From positions 71,172 through 135,171 of the forward strand of contig NW_003314349.1 in assembly GCF_000143415.4 (NCBI RefSeq): a DNA stretch of 64,000 nucleotides. Direction: 5' to 3'. This document shows, piece after piece, positions 13,555 to 25,677 of this stretch. Position 1 is the stretch's first letter, and the number at the start of each line of letters is the position of its first letter. The notes under the pieces were generated by a model. The model saw only the letters and a program-made list of their open reading frames with translations, ran no database searches and was not told the DNA's origin. Made by a program: the position numbers and the translations under genes. Source of the DNA: Selaginella moellendorffii (taxonomy: Eukaryota > Plantae > Lycopodiophyta).

Positions 13555-14270
13555 TGGATTCCCAAGCAAGCGCCATATGGTCTCGGAGAGGACGCTCGTC
13601 GAAGCGAGCATTCCAGATAAGATGTCCTGCCCCAAGCTTCTTCTCGTCTGTGGTTCATGGCTTGGCGGCCGCTGGGCTCGGAGCTCGACGTGAAGCGCTA
13701 CAAGCTGCTGCTCTACGAGGCTGGAGGGCACTTCAAAAGTTCCACAGGGACACGGAGGGGATGTTTGCAACAGTGATCGTCCAGCTCGTGGTCCGCCAGG
13801 GGCTGGAGTGCTCCAGCTTTGATTTCTCGTAAGGCAGCTCCAGCAACTACCTCTTGACGATCTTCTTTTGCGGCTGCGAGCACCAGCTCGAGGAAGTTAC
13901 TGGCGGATCGAGGCTGTGCCTGGTTTTCAGCCTGGACGTGGAGTTCATTTGTGTCTTCGCTGCCTCGAGTGAAAGAGCTTCTCTGGGAATGGGTCGAGAA
14001 AGGCGGCGGCGGCGGCGTGGTGCAGATAGCAAACGCCCCCAGAAGATCGAACGCACCCCTGATGCAACTCGAGCATCGATCTCTACTCTAGTTTTTTCCA
14101 TTTCTAAGTTTTTGTGGCTTTGGCAACAGCGTACGGCGAGGCCGAGGACTCAAGAGGGAGATGATGATAGTTACAATGACGATGACTATCCCCTTTAATC
14201 ATATGCATACTTTCTCAACCGCGAGAGTACAAGAGGAAGCACTTGTCAATCCCGCTGGCTCAACGACCGA
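13555..14270 (+). pseudogene. Microbial-type 2OG-Fe(II) dioxygenase relic (copy 2)
   Basis: QAPYGLGE, YKLLLYEAGGHF, FHRDTE-GMFATVIVQL, FFCGCEHQLEEVTGGSRLCLVFSL; frameshifts and deletions. Confidence 0.75.
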
Positions 14271-14502
14271 GAACTTTTCTTGCTGCGATCAAGGCTTGCG
14301 GCTGCTGCGCAGTGAAAGGGGAGGCTGTGGAGATTGACTCCCGGCTTCTCTGAAGAAAGGCATGGCTCATTTTCCCTCGTCGACATGTACGCGAAATCGG
14401 CGACGTGCAGGGAGTTTATGATGCGTCGACAACGGCCAAGACGAGCTCGCTCTGGAGCTCTTCCGGCGCATGATGCGAGAGATCCACGAGCAAATCCGGG
14501 AC
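14266..14502 (+). pseudogene. Scrap of the neighbouring PPR gene
   Basis: Deleted copy of ~18283-18723 (CCGAGAACTTTT...GAGCTCTTCCGGCGCATG...GAGCAAATCCGGGAC); also at ~2318-2381/7022-7210 and ~61350-61840. Confidence 0.8.
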
Positions 14503-14620
14503 AAAGAGTCGCCGGTTTGATGCGTGTCGTGGTCCACAGTACCGTCGGATTCTCTCTCTCGCGTCCGTGGATCGAGTCCAAGTCCGAGAACTTGAACATC
14601 ATTTAGGGTTTCAAGTCCCA

Positions 14621-15565
14621 ATGGATTCTCGTGAATACCATTCCCTGGGAACGACCCCACTGATGTGCTTCAGAGATGTTATAGAGCTCCTGGGGTTGCG
14701 CTTGTCAAGGCGCATGCAATTGATGGCCATGAGGTATTGCAAGCACTACAGCATGACATTGCAAGACTTGGTGTTGCGCCTTGTAGATTCCACAGATTCC
14801 GGTTGCGTCCACAACGATGAAGTGGCTTTGAAGTGGCTTGATTATGGGTTGGTCGAGGACAAAAAGAACGAGACCGATGAAGTGGAGGAAGTCGAAGACC
14901 TCCACCAGGCCGTAAGAGCAGTGATTATATCACAGCAAAGAGCCGAGCTGGAGGACAAAGACGAGGATTACGGATCAAAGGTGACCAAGCTCATACAGGA
15001 TCATCAAGAGAGCTTATACTTGGTCATGAAGACTCTGCCTGAACATCTTTCAATGGAGTGGGTATCTGCACTGGCCACAGTCGCGGAAGCAGAAATCCTT
15101 TTGGCGGCCGGTGATACAGACATATTGAGCACAGCGAAACTGAGGGACAAACTTGCCGAGTACAGCAGATGGGACATGAGATTGTGCAACCAAGGAGAGC
15201 AAGTTTTCCAGAGCTTGTTCCTCACACCAGTCTTGTTGGATTGTGCTCCAAGGGAAGTGGAAGCAGGGCCTTTATCGCACCAGCTGCTTTCTCCCGGAGC
15301 CTCTACAAGTCGAGTGCACACTTTGGAGCCGCCGTTCAGGAGGTCACAAGTCAGGCAGCTGCTGGATGATGGAGCTTCTCCACTCAAGGAGAGGCTGGCG
15401 ATTCTGGAGGATTTGGGGTTTTCCTATAGTTTCACAAATGAATTCTGGGATGTGTTTGAGGTTGGCAAAGTTTTTGTCCAGAAACAGCTCAGCGCAATCG
15501 AGAAGATCTACGAGCAATACAAGACAAAGACTAGCTATGGTCAAGCTGATTTGGTTTGGAAGTAA
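14621..15565 (+). CDS. Orphan intronless protein (~314 aa), no family recognised
   Basis: Long open frame from ATG (MDSREYHS...) preceded by a telo-box TAGGGTTT; the two other copies are broken. Confidence 0.6.
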   Translation: MDSREYHSLGTTPLMCFRDVIELLGLRLSRRMQLMAMRYCKHYSMTLQDLVLRLVDSTDSGCVHNDEVALKWLDYGLVEDKKNETDEVEEVEDLHQAVRAVIISQQRAELEDKDEDYGSKVTKLIQDHQESLYLVMKTLPEHLSMEWVSALATVAEAEILLAAGDTDILSTAKLRDKLAEYSRWDMRLCNQGEQVFQSLFLTPVLLDCAPREVEAGPLSHQLLSPGASTSRVHTLEPPFRRSQVRQLLDDGASPLKERLAILEDLGFSYSFTNEFWDVFEVGKVFVQKQLSAIEKIYEQYKTKTSYGQADLVWK

Positions 15566-15713
15566 AGTAGTTTGTTAAGATACAGATTATTTTTAATCAT
15601 AGTAAACACATTTTATCACATTAGTTTAGCTTAGCATCCATCAGGTTTACCTGATTTTAAGTTGAACAACTCAATTAACTTAGGCGACCTACTAAGAAAA
15701 TCAGAAAGAAGTC

Positions 15714-17389
15714 ATGCGTAGCCACTTCTTCCCATTAGTTGTGCTAGCTCTACTTTCAGTTCCTGTGAATCTAGCTCTGAACTTTTCATTTTTTGAAGAA
15801 GCAGCAGATGCTAGATTCGCACCAGAAAGCTATGAGTACATCATTGTTGGAGGAGGTGTTTGTGGATGTGCACTAGCAGCAACTCTGTCGCAAAACTCCA
15901 AAGTCCTGCTCCTGGAAAGAGGCGACTCCCCGTATGGAAATCCCGTGTTCATGAGAGAAGAGAATTCTGCATTGAGCATTCTCGATCAAGCTCATTCTCA
16001 AGGATTTCTTACCACAGATCTGGTACCAAATGCAAGAGCAAGAATCCTTGGGGGAGGAAGCTCTATAAACGGTGGCTTCATGACTCGTGCACCAAAGTCC
16101 GAGATCGACCGGATCGTGGGCTTGGATGACTACGCTCAAGTGAATGCATCTTATGAGTGGCTTGAGAACGGGATAGCGTCGCTGCCTCGGACTGGACCCT
16201 TTCAGACCGCTTACAAGAATGCGCTGCTTCAAGCTGGTGTCACGCCCGATAATGGTGAAACTTACGATCATCTTCCAGGAACGAAGGTTGGAGGCACTCT
16301 CTTTGATGAGAATGGAACTCGGAGGCCTGCATCAAACTTGCTGCCTCTCTATGCGAATCTGACCAACGTCCAAGTCGTGATAAACGCTCTTGTTCAGAAG
16401 ATCATCTTCTCAGGTAATTATTCAATTTTTATAAGTTGCTTGAAACCCATGTGTTTTCGTTTTTTCTAAATAGGTTCTGGTACTCCAAGAGCTGTAGGTG
16501 TTCAAGTCATAGCCCGTTTATCCGGGAAAACGTTTGCTATTCTTCTCCGGAATTCATCCAAAAGTGAAGTGATACTCACAGCAGGTGCAATAGGCACTCC
16601 TCAGCTGCTGATGCTAAGTGGAATTGGTCCCAGAGACCACCTTCAAGCGAAGAACATCGAAGTGGTGGTGGATTCACCCGAGGTTGGAAAAAACATTGTT
16701 GACAATCCATCCACCAGAGTCTACATCCTCTCACCATCCCCAGTTGAAGTTTCTCTTATCCAGAGTGTGGGAATCGATCCTTCTGGAACGTATTTCGAAG
16801 CGTTAAGTGGTATACAGCACAGTCCAACCGTTGTGGTCACGCAGAAGGTTGCTAACCCTCGCTCAAGTGGAGAGATCCGACTTTTAACTCTGAATGCTGA
16901 TGATAATCCTCAAGTCACCTTTAACTACTTGAAAGACCCTGTTGATATGCAGACGTGCGTGAGTGGAGCCAACACACTTGAAGAAGTTTTACTAACTTCC
17001 AGCTTCAGCCATTTCATTACTGGTCTTCAGCCCATGCCTTCTGGTGGCACTGTGGCTGCTCCAAATCGAAAGAATCCTTTACTGAAGCCAACCATCAACA
17101 CAACTCTTGCACTATATTGTCGACTAAGTGTGGCAACCATGTATCATTACCATGGTAGCTGTAGAGTGGGAAAGGTGGTGGATCCTACTTACAGAGTTCT
17201 TGGGGTCGAAAAACTCCGAGTGCTTGATGGCAGCGTGTTTGATTTCTCTCCAGGGACGAATCCTCAGTCGACTTTCATGATGCTAGCAAGGTACAATTTT
17301 ATTTCTCATTTTTATTCTTCCTTGTTTGATTTGAACTTATGAGTCGCCTCTGCAGGTACATGGGATTGGAAATGATTAAGCAGGCTTAA
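15714..17389 (+). CDS. GMC oxidoreductase, HOTHEAD-like (3 exons)
   Basis: Signal peptide, IIVGGGVCG FAD motif, [21 protein letters not shown] and PGTNPQ active-site segments; introns at ~16414-16474 and ~17291-17355. Confidence 0.93.
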
Positions 17390-17559
17390 ATTTCAATATG
17401 CTTTACTTGGTTATTCTTACTTAATACTCTGTCATATGCATCAACACAATTTGCTTATGTGATTTATTCTGTGCTCTTCATTAAATAATGTTTGATATAT
17501 ATAATTGTCTTGGCTTAGTAGTAGTATGTTACGAATATTCTCTGTGGACTTAGGGCTTT

Positions 17560-19344
17560 ATGATCGCTCGCGCTAGCAATGCGCTGCCGGTCCAGGCGCG
17601 CGATGGGCGCGGCGACAGGGCGGAGATTCTCGCGGCATTGAAGGAGTGCGCCAAGCGCAAGGATCTAGCGCGGGGCAAGAGGATCCACGCGGCGGCGGTG
17701 GAATGCGGCCTGGATTCCGACCTGTTCGTGGGATCGAGCCTGGTGAGCATGTACTCCAGGTGTGGCAGCGTCGCTAGATCGCGCATGGTCTTCGATGCGA
17801 TGGAATTCCTGGACAGGGTATCCTGGAATTCTCTGGTGCTGGGCTATGCGGAGAATGGCTGGGGGGAGATTGCGCTGAAGCTCTTCCTGGCAATGCAAGA
17901 CGAGGGGCATTGCTCGCCGGATTCCTCCACGTTTGTGGCAGCGATCAAGGCGTGCTCGTCTCTCTCGGAGAGGGAATCAGGGGTGGAAGTGGAAGGAATG
18001 GATCGAAGAATCAAGGTGGAGTCGCTGGAAAAAGGGATGAGAATTCACAGGCAAGCTTGGAGCAGTGGATTCGAGAGAGATATCTTCGTCGCCAACGCTT
18101 TGATCCACGCGTATGCCAAGTGTGGGAGCTTGGTGGATGCCACCAAAGTTTTCCACGCGATGCCCCGGCGTGACGAAGTTTCTTGGAACGCATTGATGGT
18201 GGGAGCGGCGGACAATGGCGAGCCGGAGCTAGCTCTGCAGCTCCTGGTTTCCATGAAGAGCGAGGGACGAGTAGCTCCCAATCCGAGAACTTTTCTAGCT
18301 GCGATCAAGGCTTGCGGCTGCTGCGCAGTGAAAGAGCATGCCAAGGAGATCGACTCCCGGCTTGTCAAGCTTGCTTCTTTGGAGAAAGGTATGGCTCTCC
18401 ATTCTTTGGCTTGCGAGAACAAGTGTGACTCCAGCGTTTTCGTTGCCAGCGCCCTCGTCGACATGTACGCGAAGTGTGGAAGCATCGCCGACGCGCAAAG
18501 AGTTTTCGACTCCATGCAAGATCGCAACGTCATCTCGTGGACGTCCATGATCTTTGGCTGCGTCGACAACAGCCAAGACGAGCTCGCTCTGGAGCTCTTC
18601 CGGCGCATGGTGGAAGAGAAGCGGTGTCCTCTCGATGCCTGGACTTTCGTGGCGGCTCTCAAGGCGTGCGGGAACTTGGCGGCGCTGGAAACCGGCCGAG
18701 AGATCCACGAGCAAATCCGGGACGCTGGACTGGAAAGAGAGGCCTCCATCGCCGCGACGCTGGTCGATTTCTATGGAAGGTGTGGAAGCATGGATGAAGC
18801 TCTCGAGGCATTCCAGCTAAGCTCGCAGGAGGATATGGTGGCCTGGACGGCCTTGGTCGCAGGATATAGCAGGCAGGGAGACACTCCACGAGTTCTGGAG
18901 CTCTTCCAGGCGCTGCTAGACAAAGGCCTTCGTCCGGACGTGATGATCTTCTCCTCGCTTCTCTCGGCTTGCAGCCACGCCGGCTTGGTCGATCTTGGCA
19001 AACGTTACTTCGAAGAGATGAGCTCAAAGTTTGGGCTGGCTCCCGGGATCCATCACTACCACTGCGTGGTGGATCTTCTCAGCAGAAGTAACAGGCTCGA
19101 GGAAGCGGTGGCTATGGTGGCGAGGATGCCATTTGAGGCGACGCTGGTAACTTGGACGACAGTGCTCGCAGGGTGTCACAAATGGAAGAACTCGATGGTG
19201 GGGAGAATGGCGTTTCAGCGTTTGATTGCTCTGGACAGGAGATTAGACTCGGCCTACGCTCTTATGGCGAACATCTATGGAAGTCTCGGGCTGTGGAAGG
19301 AGAGGCAAGAGATCCAAGCGATGAGAAGTATGAACGTTTTGTAG
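17560..19344 (+). CDS. PLS-class PPR protein with E-type C-terminus, no DYW
   Basis: Repeats of the type SLVSMYSRCGS/ALVDMYAKCGS...VSWNAL, LSACSHAGLV...HYHCVVDLLSR; single exon. Confidence 0.95.
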   Translation: MIARASNALPVQARDGRGDRAEILAALKECAKRKDLARGKRIHAAAVECGLDSDLFVGSSLVSMYSRCGSVARSRMVFDAMEFLDRVSWNSLVLGYAENGWGEIALKLFLAMQDEGHCSPDSSTFVAAIKACSSLSERESGVEVEGMDRRIKVESLEKGMRIHRQAWSSGFERDIFVANALIHAYAKCGSLVDATKVFHAMPRRDEVSWNALMVGAADNGEPELALQLLVSMKSEGRVAPNPRTFLAAIKACGCCAVKEHAKEIDSRLVKLASLEKGMALHSLACENKCDSSVFVASALVDMYAKCGSIADAQRVFDSMQDRNVISWTSMIFGCVDNSQDELALELFRRMVEEKRCPLDAWTFVAALKACGNLAALETGREIHEQIRDAGLEREASIAATLVDFYGRCGSMDEALEAFQLSSQEDMVAWTALVAGYSRQGDTPRVLELFQALLDKGLRPDVMIFSSLLSACSHAGLVDLGKRYFEEMSSKFGLAPGIHHYHCVVDLLSRSNRLEEAVAMVARMPFEATLVTWTTVLAGCHKWKNSMVGRMAFQRLIALDRRLDSAYALMANIYGSLGLWKERQEIQAMRSMNVL

Positions 19345-19514
19345 ATAGCTGTAATTGCAAAGAATCGCGCGAAAGTAGTGCTGTTTCAGCTATATTGCTA
19401 AAAACTCCCAAGAATTAGGCAAAGTTCTTGTCAGTCAACGATAGTCAAACTTTCTAGTCAGCAAGTCAACTTAAAGCCCAGCAAGTCTGAAAGAGCCCTA
19501 GAATTGCAGTGGCT

Positions 19515-21952
19515 ATGGCGCCCGCGGTCAGGGTGCTATGCGATCTCGCCAAGCAGAGCCAAGAGAATGCCGGCGTGGCGTGGCTGATTGGAGTCCCGTG
19601 GATGCCCTGGACGATCGTTTCCTCGATCCGCTGCCTGCGCTACAAGGATGGCGATCCAGATTACGCTGCTGAGGAAGGTAGGGTTCCAGGCACAGAGATT
19701 TCGGGGTGGATGATCCGAGAATTTGGCCAGGTGAATTGCGGATCCTTCTTCCCGGAGGGCTGGAAGTGATTGGAGCATTGCTGGTTGGATCGGATGCTGC
19801 AAAGGCGTGTGCTGTGGCCACGAAAATCAGGGAGGTGTTAAATCTGGTCTCATCGAACGATATTGTTGCTGCTACTCGGTCCAGCTCCAGCGATGGCATT
19901 ACGTTCTTCTCTCAGGCTCTACAACCGATCGAGCAATCTTCCTTTTCCGCGAAAGAGTTTTGGGAATCCACAGCGCTTCTTCATTGTCAAGTCGAGCTTG
20001 GCCTTTCGATCTACACATCTTCTGGAACTTCCTCAGGTAGTTCGTCTAGACTTTTTTTTTCTCTTCTACTTTTCTAACTGTGTGACATTAGATCTTAAGA
20101 AGCAGCTGGATGGGAAAATTAGAGACCTTGCCGAGAGTTTCACGAGCTCAACCACTGTATGTATTATGGAAGGATCGTCGAGAAGTTTTCTCGCTCGCTC
20201 TCAAGCTAACGAAGAGCTACAATCTGTGTTCCCAGATTCAGCGCTTTTCGACTCTTCGGTAAGCTTTCAAACACCATTTTGTAAGAACTCTGATGAGGTT
20301 TCTTTCCAGATACCACATCCTCTGGCTGTCAAGCTTTTGACGCAGCAAAGCAAGCAGACTGATGAAGTGATTGCCCCCGTGGTTCATTACACTCCTTGTA
20401 AGTGGTGCCGGTTGGTTTATCCGCTTCTCATTTTTCTTACATAGCTGCAGAAGGAACGTTGCTACACACAGCCACGGTTTCCCTGGATGTGCTATGCTTA
20501 GTTTCCAGGAACTCCGCCTTGCACAAAGCGATGAACACAATCACTCGTGCTCTGACGATTCAACTGGAATCCATTGGTAAAGCTTTGTCAGCAAGGAATA
20601 CCAGTCTTCAGGTACGACTCGTGAGTAGAGTAGAGAGCCATGCTTACTTACACGGACGATGTAGTTGCGCCCATATCATTTCAAAGTTCCCGCTAGCGTG
20701 CATCCTGTAACAGCCATCTTCGATAAGAACCAACTTGAACGTGACTCTGGTGAGCTTTTATTACTTGCTTCAAATCGACTCACTGTCAAAGTGTGTGTTG
20801 TTATTGTAGTTGACCTCCGGAAAGCATTGCATTCTCGGCTCGGCTTGCCACTAGATCGTCCACTTTTTCGCGTTGCCAATGCATTAACTATCAGAGGGCC
20901 ACAGTTCATCTCCAACAGGATTGATGGTCTGGCTTTACTTGTGTTCAAGTCCGCGCTTGTAAGCACTTGGATTAAATTTTTCCAGGAAAGCGACTTTTGG
21001 ATGTTCATCTCGGTCTTCCTCGTTGCGGGAGTGAGTTCTTAATTTGTATTATGTTCTATGTTAGCTCACATCTGTTATTCATAGTTTCTGGTGGAGAAGT
21101 GAGTGTTATTGACGGCTCGTACGAGTACTATCACTACCTGCAGGATCGAATGGACGACAAAGTAAAAAAACAAAATCTGCTTTTTTTCTTTGCAACTCCC
21201 GTGACTTTGGATTGCTTGCTTTCCAGGGCTGGGGCTGCGCATATCGATCCTTGCAGACTATAATGTCGTGGTTTAGGCTGCAGCATTACACTTCTATGAA
21301 AGAACCTTCTCACAGGTGTAATCATCAATGGTCAGCAACTAATGCTTTCTTTGCTTTTTACTTTGCAGAGAGATCCAGGCAACACTTGTAGAAATAGGAG
21401 ACAAGGAGCCTTCTTTTGTTGGATCTCAAGAATGGATTGGAGCGATCGAGTTAAGCTTTGTACTAGACAAACTTCTCGGGGTACGTGTTCACTACTCCAA
21501 AGCATGGCTCCTTTTTTGTTGTTTTCTTAATCTCTCATTGACTTGTTTGTTTCTGTGTAGGTGACTTCGAAGATACTAAGCGTCCGTTCTGGAGCAGATT
21601 TACCGGAAAAATGCCGGGAGCTTGCGGCACATTTCGACACGCAAGGCACTCCAGTTATGATCGGTACGCTTCAAGCATAGAATATGATCTTTTCTCTCTA
21701 TAACCAAGGAAGTTAAACACAGGGGGTGGAGTCCTGGCATATACATTACTTGGCGTGGATTACAACGAATTTACTGGCGAGAGCGCTTTTCTTATTCTGG
21801 ATCCTCACTACACGGGCGGAGAGGACCTCAAGACCATCCGGAGTGGAGGCTGGTGTGGCTGGAAGAAGGCCGTGAGCGACACCGGCCGCGAGTTTTTCTT
21901 GCGCAACAAGTTTTACAACCTGCTGCTTCCACAGCGTCCTCAAGCTGTCTAA
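19515..21952 (+). CDS. Ufm1-specific protease (UFSP2-like, peptidase C78), multi-exon
   Basis: [13 protein letters not shown]-terminal motif, [20 protein letters not shown] (catalytic Cys), [19 protein letters not shown]. Confidence 0.93.
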
Positions 21953-23152
21953 AGTTTCAGGAAAGGTAAGTGCCAGTACGCTCTGGTATTTATAATTCTC
22001 ATGCATGAGATCTTCGCGCAGGAAATCCGAGTTGAGCCTGAGCGCATCAAACACAAGCAAGCATTTAAATCTTTTTTGTTATCTGTTGCCGAAGCTCGTG
22101 AATGGTGGACATCGGAGTCACAAGTACGTGGATCAGCACTGGCTTAAGGTACATTTATAATTTTCTTTCTACGCATTGCACACATGATGTTGAGTGATGG
22201 GCGATCCAGGCAGCGAACGGGCGGAGCACGCGCACGATCGAGCAGCGAAGATCATCCATCTATCAACATATTACTTTTTGCTCGAAGCGCAACTTCACGA
22301 TGTGTCTCGCAAGAACAACACAAAGGTTGGTGTCACTGTCGCAGCTTTTCGCTCACTTTGGAGGAGTGGTTTTTTCCAGTGGATGGAGTCGAGCTCACTC
22401 TATCCATCGCCAAGTTTCTACCTAGCACTCCAGCACCCATGATTCCAATAACACTTTAATCGCCTAAGTTCTATCTTTGATGATGTTTTATATCGCTAGA
22501 TTTTGTTAATCCTTTTCACGGGAATCCAATAACGGCCTATCAACAGAATCTCACGCCAAAGATCCTCGCGGGCTCGTAAAGAATATTCGCGCCGTGTGTT
22601 GGCACCGCCACGTGCACGAATTTTCTGCCGACGGCCACCGCGCGTCCACCGCGGCCGCCGCTCGCGGTGGCGCTGGAGCGGGCACATGGCATACCACGTC
22701 GCACCGCGCGGGGCCTGGTTGTTTGTTGAGAAAGTATAGTACGCTCTTCGCTAGAACAGCCCTGGCTATGGCGACGGCGAGGGGCGGTCGACCTCATCGC
22801 CACTTTGGCCACAAGAAGAGGGATTCTCCTCCATGACGATTTGCCGCTGCTCGATAGCGATCGACTCCTTCGATTGATTGCGAGATTTTCGATTCCCGGC
22901 GCACGCAGCGATCGATCGGGCGACGCCACTCTGTTTGTGTGTACCCGACGGCGATGGGCGATGGATCTTCTATCGCTCCTCCACAACCCACATTGCTTTT
23001 CGGGTGATCGTGGCGCGCGATAGCAGTGGATCTCCCGGGATTGGGCAAATCTCGCGAAGTGGAAGGAAGCGTTTTGGGGCCAATCTTGGATCCAAGAAGA
23101 AAGAACATAGGAAAACAGGGGAATGAGGGCAATCCTCTTCACGGAGGAGCTC

Positions 23153-24946
23153 ATGGGTGTGGCACTCAAATTCTCCAAGAAATCCTCTTCCATCGGCAGC
23201 TTGTGGGTGTGGTGGGAGCCCGCGATCAGCAATTCTTCCACACTCGCCCCGGATTCCTCCTCCAAGATCATCGCCAATCGCAAGCCCAGCTCTTCTTTTC
23301 ATCGGCGAATCCAAACAGGGATCTCGCTGTGCTTCGCCACGCTCCTCTTCACCGGCCTCGTCTTCTTCCTCGTCTGCGCTCTCGATTCTTCCTTCGCAAT
23401 CAAGAATTTCAATCACCCCCCTTCCTCGCCATCGCCATTCTCTTCTTCTTCTTCTTCTTCTTCTTCTTCCTCCTCGCGGCAGCAATCCAGGGCAGCGGCG
23501 ATGCAGGGAATGGGAACGATCTTCCGGCCGGGCACCAGATCGATGAGCGAAATCGTCATCGCCCACGTCGAGGAGGATCTCCCCAGCCAAGAACTCCGCC
23601 TCTTCCTACGCAGCCTCCTCCGGAGTGGATTGAGCGCCAGGGCCGACGTGGTGCTCCTCTTCCCTGGCGATCCGCGAGCTCCCGGCTATGCCGCGGTGGT
23701 GGAAGAGGAGATCGAGAGCTTCAACAATCTCTTGCTCCAGAGTGGCTGCTCGATCTCTAACGCTAGCACTAGCTCTAGAATCGCGAATGGATCCATGGCG
23801 CTGGGTCCGAGCTGCCGGAGAGGATCTCTTCTCCTCTCCAATTCCAGCCTCAGCCCATTGAATCTGGAAGCCTTCGCGAGGGCCGAGGAGGAGGGGCGAG
23901 CTCGTGCCGAGTGGGCACTGGCTAGAGCGCTCAAGAATTCCTCCACTCCCGGATTGAGCGAGCAAGAGATCGAGGAATGGATCCAGCGGCGCGCCGGCAA
24001 CTGGATCCCGCCGCTGGGATCGATCATGGGCTTCGACGTCGCGGAGCTGGAGCCGCTGGACACGCTCTCGGGCTTCATCGATCGCCCGCCCATCCAGCTC
24101 CGGCGATGGCTGTGCTACCAGATGCTCCTGGGGATGGCGCGGCAGCACCAGCGCTACCGCCAGGTGGTGATCGCGCAGGCCAAAGGAGTGTTCTTGCTGG
24201 GCGATTCGCTGCTGGCCATCGCACGGCGCCACAAGGACAGCCGCGCGCTAGTGCTCGTCACCGAGGATCGGACGTGGCTGGAGGAGGCCACCGCCAATCC
24301 CGGAAGAAGCTCTTCGGCGGCGAGAGAGATTCTCTCCAGCGGTAGCGGCGAGGAGGAGGAGGAGGAAGCGGCGCCGCCACAGCTCGATAAGCGGAAGAGG
24401 GCGTACGGACCCCGGCCCCGGCGGAGGCGGCGGCGGGTCGGGCTGATCGAGGAGGTGTACGGGCGCCAGGTGTGGGGGGCGATAGAGCGCGAGGACAAGG
24501 CGGAGTGGGCGGTGGTGAGCAGCGCGGTGGTGGCGGGCGGGACGCGGGCGGTCCGCGTGCTGGCGGAGGCGGTGGCCACGGAGGTGGCTCGCGCCGCCAT
24601 GATGCGGCCCAGCCGCCGCGCGTTTGGCGACCAGGCGGCGCTCAACTACGTGGTGAGGAGGAATGTCAACGTTTTGGGGCGCAAGGTGGTGGAGCAGATG
24701 GTCTTCGTGGATGCCGGCGGCGGCGTTGGCGGCGACGCCGGCGTCGTCCGGGTGGTGACGGGCGGTACGGTGCCCGAGCTCGGCGGTACCGCGCGGTACG
24801 ATGTGCTGGTGGCGGCGGCAGGTAGTAGCGGGGAGCTGGCTAGGATCGTGGGGGCGGATTTGTGCTCGTCTCCGCGGGAGAGTGCTGTGTACAGTGATTG
24901 CCAACAAAGTAGCAGCAGCGGTGATCGTGATCATCGGGATCAATAG
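23153..24946 (+). CDS. Uncharacterised plant type-II membrane protein (resembles the Arabidopsis At3g57400/At5g52500-type family)
   Basis: Single N-terminal TM helix, AAMQGMGTIFRPGTRSMSEIVIAHV...LRLFLRSLLRSGLSARADVVLLF, LEPLDTLSGFIDRPPIQLRRWLCYQMLLG; family assignment from memory. Confidence 0.75.
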   Translation: MGVALKFSKKSSSIGSLWVWWEPAISNSSTLAPDSSSKIIANRKPSSSFHRRIQTGISLCFATLLFTGLVFFLVCALDSSFAIKNFNHPPSSPSPFSSSSSSSSSSSSRQQSRAAAMQGMGTIFRPGTRSMSEIVIAHVEEDLPSQELRLFLRSLLRSGLSARADVVLLFPGDPRAPGYAAVVEEEIESFNNLLLQSGCSISNASTSSRIANGSMALGPSCRRGSLLLSNSSLSPLNLEAFARAEEEGRARAEWALARALKNSSTPGLSEQEIEEWIQRRAGNWIPPLGSIMGFDVAELEPLDTLSGFIDRPPIQLRRWLCYQMLLGMARQHQRYRQVVIAQAKGVFLLGDSLLAIARRHKDSRALVLVTEDRTWLEEATANPGRSSSAAREILSSGSGEEEEEEAAPPQLDKRKRAYGPRPRRRRRRVGLIEEVYGRQVWGAIEREDKAEWAVVSSAVVAGGTRAVRVLAEAVATEVARAAMMRPSRRAFGDQAALNYVVRRNVNVLGRKVVEQMVFVDAGGGVGGDAGVVRVVTGGTVPELGGTARYDVLVAAAGSSGELARIVGADLCSSPRESAVYSDCQQSSSSGDRDHRDQ

Positions 24947-25476
24947 CGTGGAGAGTTTCGCACTAAAACTACTCACAGATCGAGTGGATTCGTTCGTCAT
25001 CCATCACATACAGTAGCTAGAGACAGCGCGAGCGGGTTTCGTTTTGATATTGGGGGATAGGCCGGTGTACATTGTTCTTGAGAGAAATAAGCGAGATTGA
25101 TCGTGATGATCATGGCTTATGGGTGCGTGTGATCGGTGTTGTTGGGTGGTGATCTCGACTTGGGCGAGTTTGATTTTGTTAATCCGATGGATGGATCGAT
25201 CAGTTTCCCTACTCATCAGTGTCAGATCGTTAGGTGGCATCGTAAGATCCTGCGCAGGAGAATCAATGCGCTTGATGTACGTCCCCAGGACAAAATGCCC
25301 GCCTGTCTGGTCGTGATCTTTGCTCACCAAAACTCCAGTTCTTTTCCCTTGGGGTTCGTTCAACTCAATCGTGGTGTCGGTCCGGTCAATCAAACACCAC
25401 ACTTTGGATCGAAAACCAATGGATCCATCGATCATTTGCAACGAAATGGACAAGGTAACCAACCCATCAGCCACTC

Positions 25477-25677
25477 CGCCACCCAAAAACGAAAAAGAGG
25501 GCTTCAAAGTCTTGTCGTCGTCGACCGTAGTGAGGAGCGAGGAGATAGATTTGGATCCAACCACAAGCAACACCAACAAAAAACTTTGAAGCCTTCTTCT
25601 TCGTTATTGGGTGGCGCGTTGCTTGTGGTTGATTCCAAATCTATCTCCTCGCTCCTCGCTACGATCGACGACGACAA
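25477..25677. repeat. Two interleaved inverted repeats (A-B-A'-B')
   Basis: A 25477-25510 / A' 25583-25616; B 25512-25571 / B' 25618-25677 (60 bp, 4 differences). Confidence 0.9.

Noticed and set aside
17550-25000. Numerous antisense or overlapping ORFs over the PPR and the GC-rich 23-25 kb gene (also 39.5-44.8 kb)
   Set aside because: Expected shadows of GC-rich coding sequence.
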